Source of the DNA: the human T2T-CHM13v2.0 reference genome, Homo sapiens
Direction: 5' to 3' (one strand)
Length of the DNA: 64,000 nucleotides
Assembly: GCF_009914755.1 (NCBI RefSeq)
Contig: NC_060932.1
The position numbers and the translations under genes are program-made. This document shows, in pieces, positions 1-16,049 of this stretch (the stretch's first letter is position 1; each line of letters opens with the position of its first letter). The notes beneath the pieces were generated by a model. That model saw nothing but the letters and a program-made list of their open reading frames with translations, searched no databases and was not told where the DNA came from.

Positions 1-12
1 AAATACTGACAG

Positions 13-324
13 CTGTGCTGTCCAATAGTCATTATCTGCATGTGGCTAATAAGCATTTGAAATCTGTCTAGTCTGAATTGAGATGTGCTATAATGAAAAA
101 TATACAATGGAACTTGAACATCAGGATGGAACCAAGAATGTAAAATATCTTTAATAAAGTTTTGCATTGATTAAATGTAAAATAACATTTTTGTATTTGG
201 GTCAAATAAAATGTATTATTAAAATTAATGTCATTTTAAAACTTTCTAAGTGGCAACTAGAAACTTTAAATGACTATGTAACTTGCATTTATGGCTCACA
301 TTATATTTCTACAGGATAGTACTG
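13..324 (-). mobile_element. MER33 (hAT-Charlie MITE)
   Basis: Termini ctgtgctgtccaata ... ggatagtactg; internal 'tgaattgagatgtgct' and 'ggctcacattatatttcta' match the recalled MER33 consensus in reverse. Confidence 0.8.
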
Positions 325-332
325 GTTTTGAG

Positions 333-549
333 CAGGATTGTCAAACTACAGCTCTTGGTCAAATCGTCTGTTTTTGTAAACAAACTTGTATTGAAATGCA
401 GTCATGCTTATTCATTTACCTATAGTCTAAGGACATTTTTGTGCTACAGTGGTAGAGTTGAGTAGTAGTGACAATACTATATGACTCATAAAGTATAAAA
501 TATTTATATTTGGACCCTTACAGAAAAAAATAATATTTGCCAATCCTTG
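333..549 (+). mobile_element. MER58A (hAT-Charlie MITE)
   Basis: cagg...caaactaca, 'ctgtttttgtaaa', 'gagttgagtagt', 'cccttacagaaaaa..tttgccaatccttg' follow the MER58A consensus. Confidence 0.8.
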
Positions 550-714
550 ATCTAGAGAAACAGCAGATAACTTGAAGTTGTGAAAATGAGTGGGGTGTAT
601 TTAGCAGAGAAGAGAAGATTTGTGAGATTGAAAAATATGAACAGCCATACTGTCTCTAAAATAATTAAAAAGGAAACCAAAATAAATAGCCAAACATAAC
701 ATATTTTCTAAGCT

Positions 715-3070
715 GAGTCTTTTGAAAGTAAAAAGTATCTAAATTTAATGAAGTCTAGTTTGTCTTTTTTTTTTTTTTACTTTTGTGTTTTGGGATTTTG
801 GTTTCTTATTTAAGAAACCTTTGCTTAATCCATTACTCCAAAGATTTTCTCTCATGTTTTCTTTTAAACATTTATAGTTTTATGTCTTAAACATAAGATA
901 ATGATGTATTTCCAGTTACATTTAGTGTATGTTGTAATGTAAGCGTTGAGGTTCATTATTATACGTATGGACATCCAATTTGTTTCCGTCACTATTTGTT
1001 GAAATATTATTGTGTTCCAAATTGAATGGTGTTGACACTTTTGTTAAAAAAAAAAAAAAAAAAAAACTCAAACAAAACAACACAATCTTGACCCTATCTG
1101 GGAAGGTCTCATTCTAGACTCCTTGCCTGGACCATACTGCTTTGTTTAATAAAGACTTGCAGTTTGTTAATAAAATAAATATATAAATAAATAAATAAAT
1201 AAATGCCGTCTAAACTTGTTTTTGTTTTTTCAATTCAGTTACTCTAGGTCCTTTACTTTTTCATAAAAATTCAACATCATGTTATTTTTTAAAAGCTTGT
1301 TGGCATTTTGATTAGAATTATATTGAATTTACAGACCTTCTAAGGGAAGATTGACATCTTGAAAATATTAAGTTCTACAATCTGTGAACATGGAACATCT
1401 CTTAATTTATTTCAGACTTTTAACTAATTGTAACCGATATTGTTGTTTCTATTATATGAAATTTGCACTTATTTGCTTAATCTTATTTCTAAATTTTTTA
1501 TGTTTTGATATGATTGTAAATGCATTGTAAACTGGATATTTAAGTATAAACATCTTATCATTTATTGCTAATACATAGAAATACATCTGATTATCGTATA
1601 TGGATTTTATGTACTGCTGTCCTGCTAAACGCACTTATTAGTTGAATACCTTTTTTGTAGATTTAGTAGAACTTTCTGCAGAGATAATCACACCATCTAC
1701 CAGTAAAGGCAGTTTTATTTCTTGCTTTCCAATGTGATGGTTTTGATTTCTTTTTCTGACTCTATAGCACTGGTTATTCCACCAGTATCATGCTAAATAA
1801 AACTTGTAAATATAAAGCTAACTACTTTATTCCTGATTTTAGGGAGAAAGTATTCAGCATTTCACCATTAAATATAGTAAGCTATCAGCATTTCATATGT
1901 GCTTTTTGTCAAATTAATAAAGTTTCTGCTACTTTTAGTTTCTGAGCATGTTATTATGAATGAATATTGATTTTGTCAAATGTGTTTTGGTACATTTATT
2001 GAAAGTGTATATGATTAGTGAGGTAATATGGTCTTTATTGCGATTACTAAATAATAAACACATCTTGTATTCTGGGAATGATTGCAAATTGATCATGATT
2101 TATCATTCCTTGTACATACAGTTTGATTTAATTTACTAAAAATTGTTAATAATTTTAAAATAATATTGCTTATTTCATTTTGTCTTGTACTATATATTCT
2201 TCTGCTTTTGATATGAAGCTAATGCTGGATTTATAAAGTCTAATAAGTGAGTTTGGAAGTTGTTGCTCCTCTTTTCTGGAAGAGTTTGAATTAATATTTC
2301 ATTCTTCAAATTGGGTATAATTCAATACTGAAACCATCTGGGCCTGGAATTTACATCATGGAAAGATTTTTATATATAATATATTTTTTAAAAAATGTGA
2401 GATTATCAGACAATGCATTTGCTCTTTAAATGTCTATGATAGTTGTCTTTATAGGAGTTTCTCCATATCTCCTAAGTTACTAAATGTATGACATAAAAAT
2501 TGTTCATAATAGTTAATCATTATCTTTTATTTTCTGTAGAATCTGTAGTGATAATTTCTGTTTCATTCTTGATACTACTAATTTGTGATTTCTCACTTTT
2601 TCCTTGAACAGCCTGAGTAGAAGTTCACATATTAATCTTTTTAAATAACACATTTGAGTTGCATTAATTTTCTCACATGTTGTTGTTTCTTTGTCAATAA
2701 TCTATGTTCTCTACATTATTGTTTTCTTTTGTCTGGCTACTTTGGTTTTTATTTTCTTTTATTTTACTGTTTTCTTAAGGTTAATGCTTAATTCTTTGAT
2801 TCTACCTTTTCTTCCAATGTAAGTATCTACTTTATAACTTTATATCTAATCGGTGCTTTAGCTATATTCCACAAATGGGTGTATGTATGTTTTAACTCTC
2901 ATTTAGTTCAAGATATTTTCTAATTTACTTTATTATTGCTTATATCACCCAGAAGATATTTAAGAGTGTAGTTGACAATTGTTGTACATTTGTTGTTTTC
3001 CAATTATCTTTTTGTAATTGCCAATTTAGTAGCATTTTGTTCAGAGAAGATACTTTGTTTTATTGAATAG
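715..3070 (-). mobile_element. Old L1M LINE (degenerate ORF2 region)
   Basis: T-rich antisense L1 hallmarks, e.g. 'cctgattttagggagaaagtattcagcatttcaccattaa' and 'aaaccatctgggcctgga'. Confidence 0.75.
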
Positions 3071-3124
3071 AGTACAATGTATAAAGTATAAAGTACAACA
3101 GACTATATACATTTTTAATTAAAA

Positions 3125-4428
3125 TTTTATATTTATTTATTTTATTTTATTTTAAGTTCCGGGTACATGCGCTGGACATGCAGGTTTGGTACATAGGAAA
3201 ACATGTGCCATGGTGGTTTGTTGCACCTATCAACCTGTCACCTAGGTATTAAGCCCAGCATGCATTAGCTCTTTTTCCTGATGCTCTCCCTCTCCACCCT
3301 CCCTCAACAGGCCCCAGTGTGTGTTGTTCCCCTCTCTGTGTCCATGTGTTCTCATTGCTAAGCTCCCACTTATAAGTGAGAACATGTGGTATTTGGTTTT
3401 CTGTTCCTGCATTAGTTTGCTGAGGATAATGGCTTCCAGCTCCATCCATGTCCCTGCAAGGGACATGATCTCGTTCCTTTTTATGGCTGCCTAGTATTCA
3501 ATGGTGTAGGTACCACATTTTCTTTATCCAGTTTATCATTGATGGGTATTTGAGTTAATTTCATGTCTTTGCTATTGGGAATAGTGCTACAGTGAAAGTA
3601 CACGTGCATTTATCTTTATAACAGAATGATTTATATTCCTTTGGGTATATACCCAGTAATGGAACTGCTGGGTCAAATGGTATTTCTGGTACCAGGTCTT
3701 TGAGGAATTTTCTGCATATGGCTAGCCAGTTCTCCCAGCACCATTTATTAAATACAGAATCCTTTCTCCACTGCTTTTTTTGGTCAGGTTTGTCAAAGAT
3801 CAGCTGGTTGTAGATGTGAGGTCTTATTTCTGAATTCTCTATTCTGTTCCATTGATCTGTGTATCTGTTTTTGTACCAGTATCATGCTGTTTTGGTTACT
3901 GTAGCCTTGTAGTATAGTTTGAAGTCAGGTAGCTTGATGCCTCCAGCTTTGTTCTTTTTGCTTAGGGTTGTCTTGGCTATATGGGCTCTTTTTTGGTGCC
4001 ATATGAATTTTAAAATAGTTTTTTGTTTCTAATTCTGTGAAGAATGACAATTGTAGTTTAATGGGAATAGCACTGAATCTATAAATTGCTTTGGACCATA
4101 CTACCTAAATAAAGTATGGCCATTTTCACGATATTGATTCTTCCTATCCATGAGCATGAAATGTTTTTCCATTTGTTTTTGTCCTCTCTGATTTGCTTGA
4201 GAAGTGGTTTGGAGTTCTGCTTGAAGAGGTCCTTCACTTCCCTTGTTAGCTGTATTCTTAGGTATTTTATTATCTTTATAGTAACTGTGAACGGGAGTTC
4301 ATTTATGATTTGGCTCTTTGCTTGCCTGTTGTTAGTATATAGGAATGTGTGTGATTTTTGCACATTGATTTTGTATCTTCACACTTTGCTGAAGTTGTTT
4401 ATCAGCTTAAAAAGCTTTTGGGCTGAGA
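3125..4428 (-). mobile_element. 5'-truncated L1PA (about L1PA10-13) with an internal deletion
   Basis: Poly-T tail; 3'UTR 'taggtattaagcccagcatgcattagct'; ORF2-like peptides (ORFs 3242-3466 and 4079-4363); degenerate TSD agactatatacattttta / agaccatacacgttttaa. Confidence 0.9.
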
Positions 4429-4691
4429 TTAGACCATACACGTTTTAATATAAAAAATCTCAATCAATTGAAATTTGTCTATGGCTTTGTGTATGGTCTA
4501 TTTTTGGTGAGTTGCTTATGTACATTTAGATGAATGTATTCATCTGTTTTTAATTGAATGTTTATAATTGCCACTTAGGTCAAGTTGGTTGTAATGTAGA
4601 AGTCTCGTGTATTTTTACTAGCTTCCTGTCCACTTGTTCTACCAATTACTTAAGAGTTTGATGTTGAAATTTCCAGCTTTTAGGATTTTTC

Positions 4692-5821
<1,130 letters not shown>

Positions 5822-6707
5822 ATTTTTCTATTTCTCTTTACGTTTCTCGATCTCAGCCTGCTCTACTTTAAGCTGGATTTTACGTGCTTATGCTTTAGGA
5901 TGATCATGTTCTCTTGAGAAATTAATCCTTGTATCATTATGAAATTAGCCTATTTACCTATAATAATATTCCTTTCTCTGAAGTCTACTTTATAATAATA
6001 TGGTCATTTAACCTTTAAATTATTTTGGCTCAATGTTTGTGTCATATGTCTTTTTCACGCATTAACATTGCACTTTTTTAGCTATATTTCACTTTTTAAA
6101 GCGTGTTTCCTTATACGGCACATAGTAGTGTCTTTATTTTATCCAATCCAGCAATCTCTGTTTTTTAATTTGGCTACTTAGATACTTTACATTTAAGGTG
6201 ATTATTGATATAATTTGGCTTAAATCAATCATCACAATACCTTTTTTTCTATTTGTCTAATACACAGTTTTCTCAGTTTTGTCTTCTATCTTAATCTCTT
6301 GAATAAATTAAAATTGTTTAATGTTTCTATTTAATCTTTACTATTGTCTTACTATTTCCTCTCTTTCTGTCACTTAGATTCTAAGTTTTTAACTTAATGC
6401 AATCTAACTTTAATATGGTTCCACTTCACATATTACGTAAGAAACCCACACAATATAGTTTCATTTTCCCCTACTCTACCATTTTTGTGCTATCGCTTTA
6501 GTTCTACATACTCTGTAAGTTCCACAATACATTGAGTGTCTTTTAATCTGAAAAGTTAATAATCTTTGAGAGAGATTAATACATAAGAAAAATCTACAAA
6601 TTTACTTCCAGTTTTACCAATTTTATTCCATTGTGGAGATTTTTATGTCCTTCTTACATAATTTTTATTCTGCCTTAAAGACTTTCTTAATATTTCTTTA
6701 AGTGTAG

Positions 6708-6899
6708 CAATTCTCCTGCCTCAGTCTCCTGAGTAGCTGGGACTACAGTCATGCACCACCGCACCCAGCTAATTTTTTGTATTTTTAGTAGAGATGGGGT
6801 TTCACCATGTTGGCCAGGATGGTCTCCATCTCTTGACCTCGTGATCTACCCTCCTGGGCCTCCCAAAGTGCTGGAATGACAGGTGTGAGCCACCCCGCC
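6708..6899 (-). mobile_element. Partial Alu (AluSc-like) lacking its 3' end and tail
   Basis: Antisense Alu left arm, linker and part of the right arm; 'atctcttgacctcgtgatc'. Confidence 0.9.
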
Positions 6900-8229
6900 A
6901 TATTTTGATGGGTAAGGAATTTTAGTTTACATACATTTTGTTTTCCAGCATTTAAAAATATATGATTTTTTTCTGACCTGCAGTTTTTCTTAGAAGTCAG
7001 CTGCTATTCTTATTCTTCTCTATATGTAATGAGCATTTTTCCCCTTGTTTCCTTTATGAGTTTCTGCCTCTGTCATTGGTTTTCAGCAATTTCATCATGC
7101 CTTTGGGTAGACTTATTTAGATTTATTCTACATTTGTTTATTGAGCTTCTTGGATATGTTCTCTCTCTCTCTCGGGAATTTCAATTATGCCTACATTAGA
7201 CTGTTTAATATGGTCTCATAGGTCACCGATGTTCTATTTAATTTTCTGTTCTTTTTATTTTTGAGCTAAATTTTGGAAAATTTCAATTGCTAAGAATTCA
7301 AGTATGCTGTTCTTTGTCTCTGTATCAGCTTACATGCTATTATCACTCAGGATTTTTTTTTTAATTTCAGTTACTATATTTTTCATCCCTACAAGTTCCA
7401 TTTGAGTCTTTTCTGCAATCAATCACTCACACCATTTATCTGTTTTCAGTCTTCTAGAGCATATAGAGCATGTTTATAATCTATCTTTGTTGTCTTTGGT
7501 AGTTCTATCATCTTCTTCATCTTCATATGTTTCTACTAATTGCTTTTTCTGCTGCTTATGAGTCCTATTTTCATGCTTCTTTAAGTGCTGATTTTTTTAC
7601 TTGACAGCATACATTAGAATTTGATGTTGCTAATTGTTGCATTTTATTGTATTTCTTTCAATAAAGTTTTTATTTATTTTGGCAAATAGTTATGTTAGCT
7701 TGAGGCAATTGGATCGCTGAGTTCTGCTTCCAAGATTTGGTAGTAGCTTTAGAGGTTTTATCTGTTCTGCTTTGTGGGGACACAGACTATTCCCACCTCT
7801 GTTGGAACACTAGTAATTATCTGTCTGTTCACTTATGAAGATTCTTTCCATAGCCTCGAGTGCTTCTTTCTTGTGCATATACAGATCAGTACTTAGCTAG
7901 AGAATCATAGGAACCCTTGGCAGATCTCTGGAGTTCTCTCTTCCTGTGAAACTCTGTCCTCTATTCTGGTTGGCTTGACCTCCCTGACTCTGATTTATAT
8001 CTTTTGGCTCAGTGCAATCGACAGGCTCTGTTAGGCTCCTCCTCCCTACACTGCAGACTGAAAACTGATTCCAGTCATAAATCAGGAATTAGTCAGGTTC
8101 ATCTTGTTTCTCCCCATTTTCAGAGAATATAATCCTGTATTGTCTTTCTTCTAATGCCTGCAATGCAATATTTAATATATTTTGTCAGATTTCTCATTGT
8201 TTAATGTATTATTCCATATTATTGAAAAC

Positions 8230-9300
8230 TGGAAGTCCCTTAATTCTTTTTTTAACATTCATATTTTTCTTCTGTTTGTTTTATTTTTCTCCTAAGACAT
8301 TACCCATTATATTTATTTTTTCTTGTGTTCCTTTTGGCTTTTTCTTCATATTGGATTTTCTTTTCTCAATTTCCAAATTTTTTGAAATATTTTATTCTCA
8401 CATTTTTCTAATTTTGCTGTTCTCTTTTCTGTCTTTCATTATTTTCTAAGTGTGCTATAGCGCCTTTTGAAACAGTAGGTGACATTTTTACCTGCTTTAT
8501 AAGAAAGTCTTCCTGGTGTCGTTCTCAGGAATGCTCCTCAGTCATTCTTCTTAAATGACTCTGTGTAGAATTAGACATTGACACTTTTCTGTGACTCAAT
8601 CTTTACGTAAAATTTGTTTTCCTGAATTCAACATGAGGTGATGCACAGAACAGCTATTCAACTTCTCAGAGCCCTCTCTTCTCTTGTTTTCTTGTTTTTT
8701 GAGGTTCCCAGGACCTGTTTCTTTTCATTAAGTTTATCTGAGCTTTCACTTTCTTTTGTTTCAACATCTCTGTCCTACTTATCTTGTTTCCAATTTGAGT
8801 ACTTTCTACTCAGTGTGAAGCCTTGAAAGGTAGCCCTGGTTCATCAGTTTTGAGAGCTCATAGAGGTTAGAAAGCTTGGGCCCTTCAATCCTTTCTACAT
8901 TGGACCCATTGAACTCAACGGCTTTCGGATTGTGAAAATTCATCCCAGTTTTAGCTACTATATCTGCCCCACTCTTTATTTAATAAGAGTGGGATTTTAG
9001 TTATATTTAGTTCTAAGGTTTACAATCCACATAATTTCTCCCTTTTGATTCTTCTGCACAGACACTCATAGCAGGCAGGTGTTAAGGTTGTTGGTGAATT
9101 TCTCTATCCACTTCTGCTTTAAAGTTTGTGACAATATCGTGACACCTAGATTATCATTTTTTTTATAAATGAAGTCCTGTGGCTTTGTTTTTACTATCCA
9201 GTCATTTTGACATTCTAGAGATTCAAGAAAATTCAAAAAATAATAAAAATTAAAAAAAAACACAACTATACCACCAATACTGCTGGCATCTATCCAGAAT
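8230..9300 (-). mobile_element. HAL1-like / ancient L1 5' region
   Basis: Terminus 'gagattcaagaaaa...tgctggcatctatccagaat' resembles the antisense HAL1 5' end; pyrimidine-rich body. Confidence 0.45.
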
Positions 9301-9308
9301 TTCTCTCT

Positions 9309-9622
<314 letters not shown>

Positions 9623-11660
9623 AAATTTCTCTATTTTTGAAAGAGAAAGACTACTTTAAATCATGAATAGCCTTCATCTTTAATCACTTTCTAAACCATT
9701 GCCTTTAATTCCATGTGCCTCTACCTTTTCTATAATTGCAAATACATTCTATATCATTTTCTGTTGCTGTTGTAATTTAAATGTGTTTTTGCCCAATATT
9801 CTTTCATGTATGCAACCACTATTAAGCTAGCACACTCGGTATGGCTCTAAGGTGTGAATTTTGTGAATGGAGACTCACTCCCTAGCCTGAGTGGAAGCAT
9901 TCACCAGATCTACAGAATACGTAAAGCAGTTCGTTAGCTTAGAGAACTTTATATGAAGAAAAACAAGGAGTCCGTAAGCAGAAAAGATAGTAAAAACATG
10001 CTTGAAAATATTACAGCTTTATATGGTGGAAAAGGCAACTAACTATAGGACTAAAATTATCTCTTGATAACTCTTTTCGCCTGCCAAGCTGGAAGTGATT
10101 TGAAGTCATTTTTAAATTTACTTTTTCTAAATGGATATACTCAGGGTGATAAAGAGTTACTCCATAAACACTCTATTGAGATTTGAGATTTGGCGGGTAC
10201 TTTTTTTTTTTTTAACAGGTATTCTCAAGGTTTTTTGTTTTGTTTTTTTTTTTAAATACATCTCTGGACAGTTTTAAAATGATTCAGTATACATATTAAA
10301 GCTTACTCATCTTGTGAGGTTTTACTGAACCCACTAGCACTTTTTGGTGTAGAGTCTACCACACTCTATTAAAATTGTCTGTGTATATGTCTGTCTTCCT
10401 CTACTACTAGGCAAGAACCATGTCCTTTTCACTATTTTATGTCCAGTGCCCAGAGAAATAGGATGTAATATAAAATTCATCATCTAAAAACCCAGATTAA
10501 TGCAGCAGACCAGTCTGTAAATTTAATTAATTTGTCTGACAGTATGAAAATGGAAGAGCTCACTAAAGACAAGAGCCATAATCCAGTTAGTGGTTATAGA
10601 GTGATTACCTGCTTTAGGGCTGATTTCACTAGAGGTGGACTTTTTATTATTTCTACAAGAGACTGATGTGATGGTTTTAGAATCATTAATGCCAAGGAAA
10701 ATACCTTGGTGGTGGTGAAACAAAATCAATGATTACTTATGTATCGAAGGAGATATGGCCTGAATGTGTTTCCTCCCAAAGAGAAACAGGGGAAGATATT
10801 AAACAAAACATTATAATGTCTGCACATGATGCTTCACTACAGTCAAATAGTCTGACTGCATATCCCAGCAGTAAAATAATTTTAAACATGCTCCCAGTGC
10901 ATGTTTGATTTCAAACCACCAGTAAAGGATAATTCTAGACACTTATCCATTAGTTCAACATTAGCTATACAGAAAGTATTAATATATATTTATATTTCAG
11001 ACTCTTTCTTGCCCTTACTTTGTCAGATATAATTAGATCATCAGTATTGTTTCATGAAATAGTCAAACCAAGTAGTTCTTACTATGAACAGATGAGGTGT
11101 TAGTTGTCCTTTTATACTTACTTTATTCATATACTTATTTCAGGATTTCTTGACACAATGCATTTTTATTCTCCTTCATATTTTATGATATTTTCATTTA
11201 GATAATTTTGTCCATCTAGCATACATAAAATACACTGTGTTATGATATTCCAAAATAGGTAAATAAGTGAAAGTTCACCACCTGCCAATACCTCCACTTT
11301 GCACAAGACCCCTTCTTCCCAGGTGTGCCTCACATAACACATGAAACATGATATGCTGGTCATTAAAAAGAGGTAAAGTCACCGGTGTCAAACTATACAT
11401 TAAATAATAGGGAAGCTTAATTGTTTTCTTCTTTTTAGATAAAAATAGACAGAACTTAGAAGATCAAATATTTTTCTCTAGCCCCAGTAAAACATTTAGT
11501 TCATCTGCTGGCGGGGGTCCAGCAACAACATTCACAAGATAGATCATGACCACTGAAGGAACATGAGTAAGACAAATGGAATTAAGATGCACTAAATTTT
11601 GAATTACTTGAGATTAGACTTATCTCCTTACAGATATTTCTGTTGTCCTATTACATGGTT

Positions 11661-12145
11661 GTGTAGAAAAGAGTTAACATGGCAGGCCTGGGAGCTGTCC
11701 TGTTCGCAAGATTGGCTCTTGGGTGACATCTGAGAACTTAGATTTCAGGAGGACGTTCACTTGCCTGGCTTGTTTGCATTAACAATGTGGTTTATGCCAA
11801 ATTCCTATTTTTCTTATGAGAGTCTTAAATTTGGAAGGTGCTAAGCAAAGGGTACCTCGAGACCAGCCTCCATTAAAAACCCTGGTTATTGGATTCTTAA
11901 TAAGCTCACCTGGTAGAAAATATTGCACATATTCACAATTCATTGCTGGGGGAATCAAGCACATTCTGTTTGACTTCCTTGGGAAAGGACTCTTGGAAGT
12001 TAGTGCCTGTTTTGCCCTGTCTTTTACCTTTTCCTTTTTTGGCTTTTGCTTCATATCAGCTTGCTGTGATGAATCGTAGTCATAGGACTCAATACTAAGT
12101 CCCGTAGGTCCTCCTAGCAAACCAGTGAATCTGGAGATGATTATG
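11661..12145 (+). mobile_element. MER68-family solo LTR (ERVL)
   Basis: Starts 'gtgtagaaaagagttaacatggcaggcctg'; contains 'gaccagcctccattaaaaaccctgg' and 'gtcctcctagcaaacca'. Confidence 0.75.
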
Positions 12146-13101
12146 AAAAAACGATTTGGTAGATTTGACAGGAAGAAAAAGGCCACCAAATTTGTGCTCA
12201 CTACATATTAATTTTTTGAATCTACTCACAACTTTGGTCAACTTTACAAACTTTAGTTAATATTATTAGTAATTGCAGATACACCTTTAAGTTGTTAAGG
12301 AAGTTAACAATCTGCTGTGCTACAACAACCATCAAATGACATGTGTTCTACTTACACCACCACCACCAACTTGCTTTACATTATAAATTTTATGTGTGCT
12401 AAGAACTGGAGGTCTGGACCACTTGAATCCTGCTTTACACAAAATTGCGAAACCAAAATTGGTGAAACAGGCTAACGAGATTTGAAATGTGACCAGTCAA
12501 AGTTTACCTAAAATAGTTTGGAAAGCACAAATGTCAATCCAACTCTGGTTTCTTCTTTCTATTTTGCCATTTCTGCAATGACAAATAAGCCCAAGTTGCT
12601 CACCTAGAGGTGTGTCCATAGTAGTGTGTGGCTGAAGCACATTGGCAAGTAAAGTCCAAGATTTGAACACATCAGGAATAAAACTAAACATTTAAATACA
12701 GGATTCCATGTAATTTGGTAATCTCATGGTTTTGTGTATGAATTTGGTCAGAATTTTCAAAATATTTTTGAGTAATTTTGTTAATAAATTTCTTCTTTGT
12801 TTCCTCAACTCGCTCACCTGCTAAATGCCATTGTCATCTCTCCCTTCTCTCCTCACACCTCTCTGCATTCCTCCCTTCTCTAATAATTTCCCTGCACTGT
12901 TGGCATGTCCACTGCCAACGTGCACTAGAGACATTTCCTGTGCTAGCCATTTCAGCCTTTCCAGCCAAGCTGTCAGCCATGCTATGTGTTTGTCCTTTTG
13001 ACTTTCTCTTCCTTACATTTTAATTCATTAATCTTATTTTTTCTTAAAGACATTCAAGGTCTGTGGGATACCAGAAACTTAATTAATATTAAATTAATTA
13101 C

Positions 13102-13397
13102 TTTTTTCTTTTTTTTGAGACGGAGTCTCGCTCTGTCGCCCAGGCTGGGGTGCAGTGGCACAATCTCGGCTCACTGCAACCTCTTCCTCCCAGGTTCACG
13201 CCATTCTCCTGCCTCAGCCTGCCGAGTAGCTTGGGACTACAGGCACCCACCACCACACCCGGCTAATTTTTTGTATTTTTAGTAGAGACGGGTTCTACCA
13301 TGTTAGCCAGGATGGTCTCGATCTCCTGACCTCGTGATCTGCCCACCTTGGCCTCCCAAAGTGCTGGGATTACAGGCGTGAGCCACCGTGCCCGGCC
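13102..13397 (-). mobile_element. AluY-like
   Basis: 'gttcacgccattctcc' and 'gttagccaggatggtctcgatctcctgacctcgtga'; 13-bp TSD tattaaattaatt at 13087 and 13399. Confidence 0.95.
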
Positions 13398-14264
13398 CTA
13401 TTAAATTAATTTATATTCAAAATCAATGATTTTCTTCCTTTTAATGTATCCAGGGACCCTCAATTTCTGCAAAAATATCTCTGAAAAAAGAAAGATCTCA
13501 CAAGATTAAAAACCAAGATTTTCATAAAAATTATTAGAACCCAGGGGAAAGTTTCTAAAAATTAAAAGGTATATGGAAATAAAATGAAAAATACATTGCA
13601 TAACTTTTTTCACAATTGCATGATTTTGAAACACCTTTTGCTATATTAAAAAATAAACAAAGGATTGACAGTTTCTTACAAGTCACCTCATCCCTAACAC
13701 CTTTTTTTCCCCTGGTTGAAGATCCAGGCTTTATACTTAGAAGACAACCAGAGTCTCTGTCATCCACACATGGGATAATGTTCTGCATCTCCTCAACTAC
13801 CCTTTCCCAGCATCATTTTAATTCTATACACTCCTTGAAAATAACAAACCATGACTGGGAGAAAATATTGTGTTCTAAGCTTTATAAATTCTTTGGGAGG
13901 TATTTATCACCAAAAAGATCATGTTTTAAAGACTGTCATTTATCTTGTATATAATTAGGTTTTGGTATCCGAGGGGAGGCATTATTTTTATTCTCCAGAG
14001 ATATTCTAGATGAATGGTTGCACAACACTGCAAAATCAGCTGAAAATCTCATCTTCTAGCTGTCAAAGTTATAATCACTACCGAATAGTATGGTAGTCAT
14101 GTATGCCTTTTCTTATTTGAAAAATTGGGTGCTTGAGCTTTCTTTATTGAAAATAAAAGTTCTAAAGTGACTACTATGTAAGGATTCTTCCTGGTCCGAT
14201 TGCCAGTTGAGTGTAAGAAGATGAGTCATAATGCCCAGTATTTTTCTTAAATCTAAGAGGTTAG

Positions 14265-14852
<588 letters not shown>

Positions 14853-16049
14853 TGTACAAATATACATTTACAAAGACTTATCATATAGTCTTATGATATC
14901 ACAACTTAAAAATGCAATCCAAATTTAGTTTAAAAAGAATAAGAATATGATATTCAGAGTAAAGCCTGAAAACATTAACATTTTAACCTCTGAAGCAGAA
15001 ATTTTTAATAATTTTGATGTAGTCTTTTATACATTTTGATGGATTCTTTTCAAATGAGCTGAGGTGTGCTATTATTTTATTTCCAAGACAAAATTCAGCC
15101 TCAGTCACTGAGACATGAAAGGTTTAAATCATCTACAATATCTAATGTGTAACAATGCATCTTCACGCATCTTTTTTTTAATAGTGAACATATATTAACT
15201 TTCTGATTACAAAACAAAATATCTTAAAAATATTACCAAGACCGAAAGTGGTTATTTTTCCTTCTAACATTTGATTTTAATAAGGCCTTATCAATACTAA
15301 TTAGCAAATGTTTTTGGGCCTAGGAATGGAAGACAACTTGGCAAGAAGGGAGCAGACCTAGACCAACAGGCGGGCAAGCAAGGCACCCTCCTGGGATAGT
15401 AATTGATAGTCTATAAAGACCACTAAAGTGTTCATGGGGCAAGTCAAAAAACCTAACTGGGTATGTAAAGATTAGCTTTGCCGTCATCACCAAAGTGATC
15501 GGGTTCTCTAGTAGACATTAATATCAAAATACAAACAAAATATCCATTAGCCAGAGTCAACCACACTCTCACTGAGAGTTTGACCAAGTCCAAATATTCT
15601 CCCTCAGGGGACAGTGGCATTCTGGGCCCCTCTTAGGGGTCCAGAGCCTGCCCACCTGACACACAGGTAGAGGCCGTGGCTTGGATGAAGCATTTGGATA
15701 AGTCTAGGTATTCCTCTAAATATACAACTTGATTATTTTAGTCTTTTTTACAATATATATGAGAAAATAAATTTGATTTTAAAAATAAAGATCTTTGGAG
15801 CTTTTGAATTGTCAGAAATTTACATTCAAATGCAGACTCTATGGAAATGCTTACATTGATAATATCTTTATTTTAGAGACCTGGTCTTTCTGATTCCAGG
15901 GAACTTTTGTTCTTTTGTTTTGTTGTTGCTGTTTTTGGTTTCGTTTTTTTTTTAAGGACGGAAATGTATATATTTCCAGTGATTTCTATTGTAAGAATCA
16001 ATCATTTATTAGATTTCTGTGTTTTGTATTTCATTCCACTGTAGAAAGA

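Noticed and set aside
8204-8449. Phe/Ile-rich ORF resembling a membrane protein
   Set aside because: Translation of T-rich antisense LINE or low-complexity DNA.
13555-13954. Overlapping ORFs in unique sequence as a possible exon or pseudogene
   Set aside because: No recognisable protein similarity and no convincing acceptor/donor pair.
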